Source: an uncultured Christensenella sp.
GTDB taxonomy: Bacteria > Bacillota > Clostridia > Christensenellales > UBA3700
Length of the DNA: 52,341 bases
Direction of reading: 5' to 3'
NCBI GenBank assembly: GCA_910584035.1
Contig: CAJTZR010000002.1
Coordinates: 1-52,341, forward strand
Part shown: positions 1 to 10,028 of the stretch, piece by piece
How positions within the stretch are numbered: the stretch's first letter is position 1
How the letters are laid out: each line of letters starts with the position of its first letter
The notes under the pieces: model-generated
Told to the model about the DNA's origin: nothing
Databases searched by the model: none
The model's input: only the letters and a program-made list of their open reading frames with translations
Translations under genes and position numbers: made by a program

Positions 1-117
1 TGGGAAACCCGACAAGGGACACGCAGTGGCGTTTGATAGTTGCTGAAGTTTATTCAAAATTGTGCCAAATTGATTTATTCATTAAAAATGGTAGATTTTG
101 TTTAATTTAAGTTTTAG

Positions 118-143
118 CAAATTTAACGGCACATAATTTTTAC
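118..143 (+). repeat. Short partial copy of the jag-mnmE spacer repeat
   Basis: CAAATTTAACGGCACATAATTTTTA resembles the 5' part of the repeats at 4381 and 4891 (CAAATTTAATGGC...ACACATAATTTTAA). Confidence 0.35.
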
Positions 144-325
144 TAGTGATTAAGGTATAAAAATTATATAAATTAAGTTTAATCGGTTGACTTAACATTA
201 TTTTTAATATATAATAATATCGAATTTATGTGTTTTGGTCTTTTAATATTCCAAACAAATGGAATTAAATTAATAGATTTTGACATTATCCAATTGAATA
301 AACTAACAAAAGTGAGGATATAAAA

Positions 326-460
326 ATGAAAAGAACTTATCAACCTAAAAAAAGACAAAGAAGTAAAGTTCACGGCTTTAGAAAGAGAATGGCATCTGCT
401 TCAGGTCGTAATGTTATCAAAAGAAGAAGAAACAAAGGCAGAGCAAGACTATCAGCTTAA
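326..460 (+). CDS. rpmH: 50S ribosomal protein L34
   Basis: Too short for the ORF track (44 aa). ATG 326 is preceded by GTGAGGA (312-318). It translates to [44 protein letters not shown], the canonical L34 sequence, with TAA at 458-460. rnpA follows downstream as usual. Confidence 0.92.
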   Translation: MKRTYQPKKRQRSKVHGFRKRMASASGRNVIKRRRNKGRARLSA

Positions 461-826
461 TTGAGGGTTAATACACAACCTTAGGGTAGTAATTTTATCA
501 TTTTAGGCTGATTACAGCCTATTTTGGTAAATGCCAATGTTTTGGTTTTGGTATACTTGAAGTACTAGCTTGAGTAATAATTTGCCTATATATTTGCCAA
601 TAATTTTAAATGGTATTTGTGGCAAATTTTAGAGCAAGAGCATTGTTTTATTTAGTTTTTATTACAGATTAGTAATTTGGTTATTTAAGTTAAAGTTTGA
701 ATTGCAAATTTATTTGCATTTAATTTGGCGAATTATAATTAATTGTTATAAAAACTGGAAAGAGTAAGTGTTTTGGGTATATAATTGGTTAATTATTAAC
801 TAAATGTTATATGTTTAGGGGGCGAT

Positions 827-1186
827 ATGAATAAAACTTATAGATTAAAATCGTCAAAAGCCTTTGAATATATACATAGAAATGGCAAATCTGTTGCCGA
901 TAGAAATTTAGTTTTAACAATTGCACCAACAAAATTCAATTTAAAAGTTGGCTTTTCCGTAAGCAAAAAACTTGGTAAAGCTGTTGTTAGGAACAAAGTA
1001 AAACGCAGACTACGAGAGGGCTTTAGGAAAATGATTCCTTATTTAAGCAATAAATACAATTATGTTATTATTGCAAGGCAACCAGCAAAAGACTGTAATT
1101 ATAATCAGCTTTTGCAATCAATGAAATACTTATTGACAAAGGTGAATGTAGTTACGGACACAAATGCTTTTAAAGCTGTAAAATGA
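827..1186 (+). CDS. rnpA: Ribonuclease P protein component
   Basis: 119-aa basic protein (RLKSSKAFEYIHRNGKSVADRNLVL...VKRRLRE) of typical RnpA length with the RNR-like motif. It lies downstream of rpmH, with a GGGGG SD before the ATG. Confidence 0.88.
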   Translation: MNKTYRLKSSKAFEYIHRNGKSVADRNLVLTIAPTKFNLKVGFSVSKKLGKAVVRNKVKRRLREGFRKMIPYLSNKYNYVIIARQPAKDCNYNQLLQSMKYLLTKVNVVTDTNAFKAVK

Positions 1187-1319
1187 GTATCAAATGGTGG
1201 TAAATATTGCAAGAGGGCAATTTGTATTTTGCGTGATTTATGAGTTTGTTTAGTAGACGATTTTCTTGCAGACAATTTACTGAATAGTCAAATTGTAGTT
1301 TTAAGGAATTAGTTTCATT

Positions 1320-1562
1320 ATGAATAAAAACGATATAATATGCAATTTGAATAAAATACACACAACGGAAATGGGAGTAGATAGGATAAAAAGAAATTTG
1401 AGGCTATCCGATATTAATGTTGTTGAGTTTTGCAAAAGCAAGATTACTAAAGAGAATTGTTATATTTACAAGCAAGGAAAGAACTGGTACTGTGAAATTG
1501 ATGGTATTAAGTTTACTATAAATAGTTTTAGTTACACTATTATTACTGCACATTTACTTTAG
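1320..1562 (+). CDS. DUF3781 family small protein
   Basis: 80 aa. LNKIHTTEMGVDRIKRNL...GKNWYC...FTINSFSYTIITAH matches my recollection of DUF3781 proteins. The SD is weak and distant. Confidence 0.55.
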   Translation: MNKNDIICNLNKIHTTEMGVDRIKRNLRLSDINVVEFCKSKITKENCYIYKQGKNWYCEIDGIKFTINSFSYTIITAHLL

Positions 1563-2197
1563 TATTTAGTATAATTAAGTTTTTTGATAAAATTGTATTG
1601 AAAATTTGCTGTTATTCTAAAAGCTTTTGATACATATAGTATGAATTAAATTATCACTGAACACAGAGTTAATAGAGAAAATATTTACATTATTGGAATT
1701 GGCTGTAGCGGTCAACTTGATATTGAAAAGATTAAGAAACAATGTGCTTTGGCGTAACTATAGTTAAAGGTAGATTAGTAAATGGAGCTTGGTTTGCAAG
1801 TTTTGTTGTAAACATAGGTTAAATTTAGTAAAAATGGCATTGTAACACAATTGAAAGCTTTAGAGAAAAAACTTGCGAATAGCGATATTGATAACTATAA
1901 AGTTAAAAGTGTTTTAGTATAAAGAGTGAATTTTGTTGATAATATTATTATTTTGATTCATATAGCATTACTCAATAATTACTGCGTTTCTGTAGTTTTT
2001 ATAACAAGTGGTTATTGAGAGTAGAGTTGTAGTAGAATTAGAGAATTTGCACAAATAAAGATAACAAGTTTTCGACAAAAAAAATAAAAAACATAAATAA
2101 AAAAATAACTAGATTGGTTAAAATTAATTATGTAGAATAAAAGTTGTTAATTTTAGGAACTTAAGCCAGTTTAAACTGAACGATAAGGAAAGCAATT

Positions 2198-2449
2198 ATG
2201 AAAATAGTTAAAGAAATTTTTATTGCACCAATCAAATATTATAAATATTGTCTTAATCCGTTATTGCCGAATAGCTGTCACTACACGCCGTCTTGTTCCG
2301 CATATATGCAACAAGCGATTGCAAAGCGAGGAGTAGTTGCGGGGATAGCATTAGGTACATATCGGGTATTAAGATGTAATCCATTTTCAAAGGGTGGGTT
2401 TGACCCAGTTAAAAATAATTATAAAGGAAATGCTAAGTGGCTATTATGA
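2198..2449 (+). CDS. yidD: Membrane protein insertion efficiency factor YidD
   Basis: 83 aa with the conserved C.YTPSCS.Y...A....G...G......R..RC.P....G.D.V pattern. It overlaps the yidC start by 13 nt. Confidence 0.85.
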   Translation: MKIVKEIFIAPIKYYKYCLNPLLPNSCHYTPSCSAYMQQAIAKRGVVAGIALGTYRVLRCNPFSKGGFDPVKNNYKGNAKWLL

Positions 2450-3435
2450 CAAATTTTATTACATTATTGGCTGCAGCACCTGAACATACGAATCTTATAG
2501 CGAAGTTTATAGACCTATTAAACAATGGTATAAACGGCGTAGGAGGAATAGGGATATTTGGTGTAACAGTAATAGTATTTACGCTTATATTTAAATTTGC
2601 ATTGCTACCATTAGATTTGTGGCAAAAGTTTTCTATGCGTAAACAAAGCTTAGCTATGGAGAGATTACGTCCACAGCTTGAAAAACTAGAAAAACAATAT
2701 GCAAATAAGCCTGAAATACTAAAACAAAAGCAAGCGGAACTGCAACGAGGACAAATGACAGGAATGCTTGGTTCTTGTTTGCCAATGATAGTAACAATGG
2801 TAGTTTTCTTTGTAGTTTTGGGTGGCTTTAATGAGTATATACGAGTAGAGAATGAAAAAATCGTATATACAATTGCAGAGGCATATAATGGCGGAATAGT
2901 AGACGAAGCCGTACTTGCTTCATTTTATAAACCAGAAAGTTTTTTATGGATAAAAAATATCTATATGCCAGATACGTGGAGTGCAGTTATACCAACTATG
3001 GAGCAATATGTAGGTAGTGGAATGGGTGCATTGAATGCTACTCGTCCAGATATTGCAAACATACCTAACTGGTATGCGACATTAATTGGACCAGCGGCAG
3101 CAGCACATAATCCGACTAGTTTTTGGAATATTGCAAAATGGAATGGATATTTGATATTACCAATATTGTCTATAATCACATCAATATTGAGTGCAAAGCT
3201 TATGGGTGCAACACAAGCACAATCTGCAGTAGGCACTAAGGAACAGCAAAAGTCTGCACAAAAAACTCAAAAATTTATGAATTATATAATGCCAGTAATG
3301 TTTGGAGTATTTTCATTATTCTATTCATCAGCATTTGCATTATATATCTTTATAAGCTCACTATTCTCTACAGTTTTCAACTTAATAGTTAACTTTATTA
3401 TTAAGAATAAGGATAAAAAGAGAGCTAATCAGTAA
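2437..3435 (+). CDS. yidC: YidC/Oxa1-family membrane protein insertase
   Basis: 332-aa polytopic membrane protein with LLPLDLWQKFSMRKQSLAMERLRPQLEKLEKQY, the typical YidC TM2/C1 region. Its position between yidD and jag is the conserved one. Confidence 0.85.
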   Translation: MAIMTNFITLLAAAPEHTNLIAKFIDLLNNGINGVGGIGIFGVTVIVFTLIFKFALLPLDLWQKFSMRKQSLAMERLRPQLEKLEKQYANKPEILKQKQAELQRGQMTGMLGSCLPMIVTMVVFFVVLGGFNEYIRVENEKIVYTIAEAYNGGIVDEAVLASFYKPESFLWIKNIYMPDTWSAVIPTMEQYVGSGMGALNATRPDIANIPNWYATLIGPAAAAHNPTSFWNIAKWNGYLILPILSIITSILSAKLMGATQAQSAVGTKEQQKSAQKTQKFMNYIMPVMFGVFSLFYSSAFALYIFISSLFSTVFNLIVNFIIKNKDKKRANQ

Positions 3436-3456
3436 CGCCAATATAAGGAGAATACA

Positions 3457-4227
3457 ATGGAATTTAGAGCAAAAACAGTAGAAGAAGCTATTGAAATTGG
3501 ACTTAGTGAATTGAACATTTCTAAAGAAGATGCTGACATAAAAATCATTCAAAAATCGGGACTTCTTAAAAAAGCTGTGGTGGAAATTAACAAAATAGAT
3601 TACGAAAAAGCTACAACAGAGGACGTAGAAGATAGCTTTACTATGACACAAGAAACTATTGAAAAACCTGCTAATAAATTACACGAAACAGATTTACCAG
3701 TTGTGAACTTTTTAGAAAAATTACTTTGTGATATGGGTTTAAAGTGCGAGCTTGATTTTAAATCAAACAGAGATTTATTGCACATTATAATAAAAGGTGA
3801 TGATACTAATTTTGCTATTGGTTATCGTGGCGAAACATTAGACAGCTTACAATATTTATGCTTACTAGTTGCGAATAAGACTACAAGGTTTAAAAAGCGT
3901 CTTATAATTGATGCAGAGGGTTATCGTGAGATGCGTGCCAAATCATTGACTGAGCTATCTTACAAGCTAGCAAAAAAGGTTGCTAAGACAGGTACAAGCA
4001 TTGAGCTTGAAGCAATGAATCCATTTGAACGTAGGGTTATTCATACAGCTTTGCAAGACGATGCATTTGTAACAACTTCCAGCGAAGGTGAAGAGCCAAA
4101 CAGATATGTAGTAATTTCACCTATTAAGAAAGAAACTAATATGTACGATAGTGAATCAAAATACAATTTCAAAAAATACGGAACTGGAAAAACACGTTCT
4201 TTTGGACAAAAAAACAAAAGATTTTAA
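3457..4227 (+). CDS. jag: Jag/KhpB RNA-binding protein (Jag_N-KH-R3H)
   Basis: 256 aa. The N-terminus MEFRAKTVEEAIEIGLSELN is Jag_N-like and the C-terminus carries an R3H motif (NPFERRVIHTALQDD). AAGGAG SD. Synteny after yidC. Confidence 0.85.
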   Translation: MEFRAKTVEEAIEIGLSELNISKEDADIKIIQKSGLLKKAVVEINKIDYEKATTEDVEDSFTMTQETIEKPANKLHETDLPVVNFLEKLLCDMGLKCELDFKSNRDLLHIIIKGDDTNFAIGYRGETLDSLQYLCLLVANKTTRFKKRLIIDAEGYREMRAKSLTELSYKLAKKVAKTGTSIELEAMNPFERRVIHTALQDDAFVTTSSEGEEPNRYVVISPIKKETNMYDSESKYNFKKYGTGKTRSFGQKNKRF

Positions 4228-4236
4228 TAATAAATA

Positions 4237-4264
4237 AAAGAGCGTAAGATACTCGCTCTTTTTG
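4237..4264 (+). terminator. Intrinsic terminator after jag
   Basis: AAAGAGCG (4237-4244) pairs with CGCTCTTT (4254-4261), with a 9-nt loop and a T-run. Confidence 0.7.
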
Positions 4265-4380
4265 CTTTTATTAAAGAAAAGTTTATTATTTAAATGATAT
4301 AGTAACTATTTTATTAAAATTGTATAAGAATTGATTAATGCTTTAAAGTACTTTAGCTTTGAGTAAAATTTGATGTTTTT

Positions 4381-4500
4381 CAAATTTAATGGCTACATAG
4401 TAGCGACACATAATTTTAATAATTAAAAGCTATCTATATACTTAAAAAAGTATTTTTTATGGATATAGATAAAAGAGCCAAAATAAAATTTGCACTAGTT
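4381..4500 (+). repeat. Diverged ~120-bp direct repeat, copy A
   Basis: Hand alignment to 4891-5000 shows shared blocks: CAAATTTA, GC[GA]ACACATAATTTTA, TTAAAGCT, ATAAAAG[AT]GC[CT]AAAATAAAAT. About three quarters identical by eye. Confidence 0.6.
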
Positions 4501-4890
4501 AATGTTAATTAAATGGTATTAACTTTATTTATTAAATACAATATTTTTGTATTATTTGAGTTCTTTCATTTAATGACAAGTAATTAATTATTGGAAAGTG
4601 AAAAAATTCAGTATGTATTTAGCTATTAACAGAGTTAATTCAAATGAGAAAACTTGCATAGCAAAGAATTGGTTTAGCAATATTAATTTTAATATAAGTT
4701 TAAATTTACTTGTTTTAAATTTACTTATCTTTGTTTAATTATATAAAACTTTCTATTTATGTATCAATGGCTATTTTGTGAAAACTGATAATCACTTGAA
4801 TGCGTATATTCAGTAGCTATTTTTACTGCAACTTATATAGGGCTTGATTATAATAAAAATACTTTAGACTTGATTTTATTTGAATTTTCT

Positions 4891-5000
4891 CAAATTTAGG
4901 ATATATTATAGCAACACATAATTTTATTATTTAAAGCTGTTTATAACTCTATAAAAAGTTATTTTATTGATAAAAGTGCTAAAATAAAATTATCACTAAC
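4891..5000 (+). repeat. Diverged ~120-bp direct repeat, copy B
   Basis: See copy A. It lies 510 nt downstream and about 115 nt upstream of the mnmE start. Confidence 0.6.
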
Positions 5001-5115
5001 TTATATTTAGTAAAAGTATTTTTTGAAAAAGTTAAGCACTTTATAAATTTTATTAAACTAAATTTTTAAAGGCTATAGATACAATATATTTATTCTAAAC
5101 AAGAAAAGAGGGTAT

Positions 5116-6450
5116 ATGTCACAAACTATTACTGCTATTGCAACGCCGTTTGGCACTGGTGCTGTTGGTGTTGTCAGATTAAGTGGAACAGATGCACTGA
5201 ATATAGCAAGTCAAGTTTTTAGCACACAAAAGCTTGATAATTTTTGTAATGCTACCCCTAACTTTATGTATCTTGGAAAGCTTAATTGCAATAAATTTTA
5301 CGATAGTTGCCTTGCTGTTTATTTCAAAGCACCTCATTCCTTTACTGGCGAAGATGTAGTGGAATTTCAATGTCACGGCGGAGCTAGACTACTTGAGGAG
5401 GTTATCTCAACTTTAATAGCTAATGGTGCAGTTCTTGCAGATAAAGGTGAGTTTACAAAACGTGCTTTTTTAAATGGTAAATACTCTCTTTCTCAAGCTG
5501 AGGGCATTATAGATATGATAAATAGTGAAAACACTGCAAGTCTTAATGCTGGCTACAGACAAATGAGCGGTCACTTGAATAAAAGAGTTGAAAATATTTT
5601 ATCTCAAATTTTAGATATAACAGCATCTTTGGAGGCTAGTTTAGATTATCCAGAGGAATTAGAGGAAGAGGTAAGAGAAAACCTACCTAAACAATTAAAT
5701 AGCGTGAAAATCGGTATTAAAGAGCTTTTAGACACTATTAAACTTGGTAGAATAATAAAAAATGGTATTAATGTTGCAATTATAGGAATGCCTAATATAG
5801 GAAAGTCATCATTGCTTAATTGTTTGCTTGGCAAGGATAGGGCAATTGTTACTGACATTGCGGGTACTACTCGTGATACTCTTGAGGAAAGAGTGGAATA
5901 TAAGGGCATTTTTATTAATTTTATTGATACGGCGGGTATTCGTGATACGATTGACACTGTTGAGAAAATAGGCGTTGATAAGGCTTTAGATAGTGCAAAA
6001 AATGCAGACATAATATTATTTATGCTTAATGCTAATAAGGCTATCAAAAATGAGGAATTAGAGCTTTATAATAAGTTTAAAGATAAACCTATAATAAAAG
6101 TTTTTAACAAGGCAGATTTAGGCAAAGATAAAAGCAATAAAGACGGCATATTTATAAGTGCAAAAAATTGCGATAATATAAATAGTATATTAGATAATAT
6201 TTACAATTACTTTATTGATGGTAAAGTTGATTCAAGTGGTGATGTAATAACTAATTTAAGGCATATAGAGGCTTTACAAAACACATATAGCTTAATTGAC
6301 AATGCTTGTACAGATACTGACAATACCGCAACTGAATGTATTTTGATTGATTTAAAATCAGCTTATTTTGAGCTTGGCAAAATCACTGGTGATACTGCAA
6401 GCGAGGATATTATTGATACTATATTTAGTAAGTTTTGTTTGGGTAAATAA
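5116..6450 (+). CDS. mnmE: tRNA modification GTPase MnmE
   Basis: 444 aa. N-terminus TIAAIATPFGTGAVGVVRLSG, G-domain motifs GMPNIGKSSLLN and DTAG, and the C-terminal CLGK tetrapeptide. AGAGGG SD. Confidence 0.95.
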   Translation: MSQTITAIATPFGTGAVGVVRLSGTDALNIASQVFSTQKLDNFCNATPNFMYLGKLNCNKFYDSCLAVYFKAPHSFTGEDVVEFQCHGGARLLEEVISTLIANGAVLADKGEFTKRAFLNGKYSLSQAEGIIDMINSENTASLNAGYRQMSGHLNKRVENILSQILDITASLEASLDYPEELEEEVRENLPKQLNSVKIGIKELLDTIKLGRIIKNGINVAIIGMPNIGKSSLLNCLLGKDRAIVTDIAGTTRDTLEERVEYKGIFINFIDTAGIRDTIDTVEKIGVDKALDSAKNADIILFMLNANKAIKNEELELYNKFKDKPIIKVFNKADLGKDKSNKDGIFISAKNCDNINSILDNIYNYFIDGKVDSSGDVITNLRHIEALQNTYSLIDNACTDTDNTATECILIDLKSAYFELGKITGDTASEDIIDTIFSKFCLGK

Positions 6451-6717
6451 ACAATATTTTATTTAATAGATAAGTTATTATTTATTAAATTATAATTATT
6501 TAGAGTTTGTGAACTTTACTTTAATTATATAAATATGTATTATCAATATTAGATATTATATTACAGACTCTGTTAATACATTATAATTATAAAGCTTTCA
6601 ATTAATAAGCTTGAATAATAGTTTTTTTATTACAATTTATTATCAATAAAACAATATGGTATTTTTGTACTAACTAGCATTATTACAATTTTATTATTTT
6701 TATAAATTAGTATTAAA

Positions 6718-6733
6718 TAATATCGATTTTTGA
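6718..6733 (-). repeat. Copy of the intergenic 16-mer (TCAAAAATCGATATTA on minus strand)
   Basis: Plus strand reads TAATATCGATTTTTGA. It has one mismatch to the 9745 and 17461 copies and lies in the mnmE-mnmG spacer. Confidence 0.6.
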
Positions 6734-7110
6734 TAGGTATTTATAATTTTTTAAAAAGTAATTAGTTGTTAGCTAATAATTTTATAAAAATTGTTTCAAT
6801 TAATAGACTTATAATTTTTATTAAAATATTATTTATAAGTTTTTTACTTAGTAGTTAAAGATATAATTTTAATTGCATTTAGACAGATTAAAAATGTTTT
6901 TTAAAAAAGAGAAAGACAAGTAAATTTTTTGTCTTAAAATATATAAAACAATTTATATATAATGTTAAAAAAACTTTAAACAATCTTTTTATATAAAATT
7001 TATAAATAACAATTTAATTTTTATTTAAATAAAGTTTAAATTGCAAAAATTTGTTAATTACAAAAGCTAAATTTTAAATTAACTGAAAATAAAAGTGCGA
7101 AAAGGTGTAT

Positions 7111-8967
7111 ATGATTAATAATAGTTTTTATGATGCAATTGTTGTTGGAGCGGGTCATAGTGGAGTGGAAGCCTCACTCGCTTTGGCACGCCTTAACAAA
7201 AAAGTATTATTAGTTACATTATCACTTGATAGCATATCTTTTATGGCGTGCAATCCTAATATTGGTGGTACTGCAAAAGGACATTTAGTGAGAGAGATAG
7301 ATGCCTTAGGTGGTGAAATGGGTATTGCTGCAGATAAATCTTTACTTCAACTTAGAATGTTGAATTTATCCAAAGGTGCTGCAGTACATAGCTTAAGGGG
7401 TCAAGAGGATAAAACAAGTTACCACCTTAATATGAAAAAAACTATTGAAAATGAAAAGAATATTACCTTATTACAAGGTGAAGTAGCAGAAATTTTAACT
7501 GAAAATAACGCAGTTTGCGGTATAAAAACTGCTATGGGAAGTACTTATTATTGTAATGCAATAGTTATTTGTTCTGGTGTTTACTTAAATTCTAATATTG
7601 TAATTGGTGAGTATAGAAAAGAGGAAGGTCCAAGCGGATTTTCTCGCAGTGATAAGCTTACAAAAAGCTTAATTGATTTAGGTATTAATATTCGCCGTTT
7701 TAAAACTGGTACACCTGCAAGAGTAGATAAAAGTACAATTGATTTTTCTAAAATGACACCGCAGTATGGTGATAAAAATATATATTCTTTTTCATTTATG
7801 AATGACGATTATACCTCTATGGATATTCCTTGTTATTTAACTTATACTAACGAAAAAACGCATAAAATAATAAGGGATAATATACATCGTTCGCCACTAT
7901 ATAATGGTTCTATCAAATCTGTTGGTCCTAGATATTGCCCTAGTATTGAAGATAAAGTTATGAGGTTTGCAGATAAAGACAGACATCAAATTTTTATTGA
8001 GCCAGAAAGCATTTTTACTAACGAAATGTATGTTCAAGGTATGTCAAGCAGTTTACCTATTGATGTTCAGCTTGATATGTATAGGTCTATTGAGGGGTTG
8101 GAAAATGTCAATATAATGAGATATGCTTACGCTATTGAATATGATTGTATTGATAGTATGCAACTTGATTTGACACTTATGGTAAAGCATATTGGTGGCT
8201 TATTTATGGCGGGTCAAATTAACGGCAGTAGCGGATATGAAGAAGCGGCTGCCCAAGGCTTAATTGCTGGTATTAATGCAAATCAATACATAGATAATAA
8301 AAAACCATTGATTTTATCACGTGATGAGGCGTATATTGGAGTTTTGATTGACGACTTAGTTACTAAAGGCACAAATGAACCTTATAGAATGATGACGGCA
8401 AGGGCAGAGTTTAGATTAAATCTAAGGCAAGAAAACGCAGATATAAGACTTACTGAATACGGCAGAAAAATAGGTTTGGTAAATGACGAAAGATATTCTA
8501 AATTTAAAGATAAGATTAATAAAATAGAAGAATATAATACTATTTTAAATACTAATTTAAGTCCTAAAATTTATGGCAAATTTTTTGAAAGTATTGGCGA
8601 GAGCATACCAAACTGCTCACTTTCTTATAAAGATATGCTTAAAAGGTCAAATATAACAAGTGATAATCTTATTGACAACTTTGACGAACTAAAAGATTTT
8701 GACAGACGCATTATGGCAGAGGTTGCAAGTACTATTAAGTATGAGGGTTATTTAAATAAACAGAATGCTAGTATTAAGGAACTTCAAAAGCTAGAAAATA
8801 AATTAATACCAGAGGATATTGATTACTCTCAAATTGATGGATTAAGACTTGAAGCAAGACAAAAGCTAAATAAGATAAAACCTCTTAATTTAGGACAAGC
8901 TTCAAGAATAAGCGGAGTTTCCCCTGCAGATATTACTGTATTAATGATTTATTTATTTAAAAAATAA
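7111..8967 (+). CDS. mnmG: tRNA uridine 5-carboxymethylaminomethyl modification enzyme MnmG
   Basis: FAD-binding N-terminus YDAIVVGAGHSGVEA and a full-length GidA-like protein. I prefer ATG 7111 (AAAGG 5 nt upstream) to the GTG 7105 used by the ORF track. Confidence 0.95.
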   Translation: MINNSFYDAIVVGAGHSGVEASLALARLNKKVLLVTLSLDSISFMACNPNIGGTAKGHLVREIDALGGEMGIAADKSLLQLRMLNLSKGAAVHSLRGQEDKTSYHLNMKKTIENEKNITLLQGEVAEILTENNAVCGIKTAMGSTYYCNAIVICSGVYLNSNIVIGEYRKEEGPSGFSRSDKLTKSLIDLGINIRRFKTGTPARVDKSTIDFSKMTPQYGDKNIYSFSFMNDDYTSMDIPCYLTYTNEKTHKIIRDNIHRSPLYNGSIKSVGPRYCPSIEDKVMRFADKDRHQIFIEPESIFTNEMYVQGMSSSLPIDVQLDMYRSIEGLENVNIMRYAYAIEYDCIDSMQLDLTLMVKHIGGLFMAGQINGSSGYEEAAAQGLIAGINANQYIDNKKPLILSRDEAYIGVLIDDLVTKGTNEPYRMMTARAEFRLNLRQENADIRLTEYGRKIGLVNDERYSKFKDKINKIEEYNTILNTNLSPKIYGKFFESIGESIPNCSLSYKDMLKRSNITSDNLIDNFDELKDFDRRIMAEVASTIKYEGYLNKQNASIKELQKLENKLIPEDIDYSQIDGLRLEARQKLNKIKPLNLGQASRISGVSPADITVLMIYLFKK

Positions 8968-8997
8968 CTATTTACTTTATTGTAAAAATGGTGTATA

Positions 8998-9687
8998 ATG
9001 ATATTATTAGAAAAATATTTAAATGAACTTAATATTCCTTTTGATAAAGATACTATAAATAAGTTTCAAACTTATTATGATTTATTGATTGAATATAATA
9101 AAATATTTAACCTTACAAGTATAACTGAAAAAAATGATGTTATTATAAAACATTTTGCAGATAGTTTATATGGCTACAAATTTTTTAAAAACAATAATAT
9201 GGTAGCAGATGTTGGTTCGGGTGCTGGGTTTCCTGCTTTGCCACTTGCTATAGTTTTAAAAGATGTCAATTTTACATTGATTGATAGCCTAAACAAAAGA
9301 ATAAACTTTTTAAATGCAGTAATTGAAAAACTTAATCTTACAAATTGCACAGCAATACATTCTAGAGTAGAGGAATATTGCTCAACAAATAGACATAAGT
9401 TTGACATTGCTACAGCAAGAGCGGTTGCTGGAATGCCAACTTTACTTGAATATTTAGTTCCACTTTTAAAGCCACACGGCAAAGCAATTTGTTATAAGTC
9501 TTTAAATGTAGATAATGAGCTTAGCTTGTGCGATAATGCTTTTAAAAAATTAAATTGTAAATTAACTGATAAAATTGACTATAATTTAGAGGATAACTTT
9601 CGTAGCATAATTATTGTGGAAAGTTTGGATAAATGTAATAAATGTTATCCACGAAGCGGTAATAAACCTAAAACTAATCCTTTATAA
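8998..9687 (+). CDS. rsmG: 16S rRNA (guanine527-N7)-methyltransferase RsmG
   Basis: 229 aa with the NLTSI....I..KHF.DSL motif and the SAM motif DVGSGAGFPALPLAI. Synteny after mnmG. Confidence 0.9.
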   Translation: MILLEKYLNELNIPFDKDTINKFQTYYDLLIEYNKIFNLTSITEKNDVIIKHFADSLYGYKFFKNNNMVADVGSGAGFPALPLAIVLKDVNFTLIDSLNKRINFLNAVIEKLNLTNCTAIHSRVEEYCSTNRHKFDIATARAVAGMPTLLEYLVPLLKPHGKAICYKSLNVDNELSLCDNAFKKLNCKLTDKIDYNLEDNFRSIIIVESLDKCNKCYPRSGNKPKTNPL

Positions 9688-9744
9688 AATTAACAATTTT
9701 TGATTTTAATATATTAATTATATATAAATAATTAAAAATACCTT

Positions 9745-9760
9745 TCAAAAATCGGTATTA
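9745..9760 (+). repeat. Copy of the intergenic 16-mer TCAAAAATCGGTATTA
   Basis: Exact match to 17461-17476. AATACC (9736-9741) can pair with GGTATT (9754-9759). It lies 58 nt after the rsmG stop. Confidence 0.65.
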
Positions 9761-10028
9761 AATAACAATTTTTATAGCTTAATTATAAAATAAATCAATT
9801 ATAATTGGTATTTTAATTAAATAATAAAAATTTATTTATTATAGTTTTTAAATGCTATATATTTTAAATTATTTATATTTTATTTTAATATTTATTTATA
9901 TTAAATGATTGCATTATAATTAATTTATTAAAAATTAAATTAGTATAAATTTTAAATAAAGATATTTTAAAACAACATATTATAACATAAATAAAATAAT
10001 AAAAATCATATTTTCAAGAGGTATAATT

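Noticed and set aside
1-36. Relatively GC-rich first 36 nt (frame 1: WETRQGTRSGV*), as the 3' end of an upstream CDS or RNA
   Set aside because: Eleven codons are not enough to identify or even confirm coding, and I recognise no RNA family.
179-373. 64-aa minus-strand ORF overlapping the rpmH start, plus similar AT-rich ORFs (1170-1361, 3382-3651, 26650-26847, 48293-48592, 45757-45960)
   Set aside because: These are Phe/Ile/Leu/Asn/Lys-rich translations typical of random ORFs in AT-rich DNA. They overlap real genes or promoters and have no SD.
1650-1757. 35-codon ORF fragment (IITEHRVNRENIYIIGIGCSGQLDIEKIKKQCALA*) and neighbouring coding-looking pieces in the DUF3781-yidD spacer, as possible pseudogene relics
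   Set aside because: I cannot match it to a family from memory. It has no start codon or SD and is too short to separate from chance. It is worth a BLASTX but cannot be supported as a feature.
4228-7110. Idea that the long gene-less spacers hide genes read with an alternative genetic code (for example UGA=Trp)
   Set aside because: All conserved genes are full length under the standard code. TGA terminates plsY, the 76-aa and the 163-aa genes at sensible lengths. The spacers are dense in TAA and TAG stops in all frames, not just TGA.
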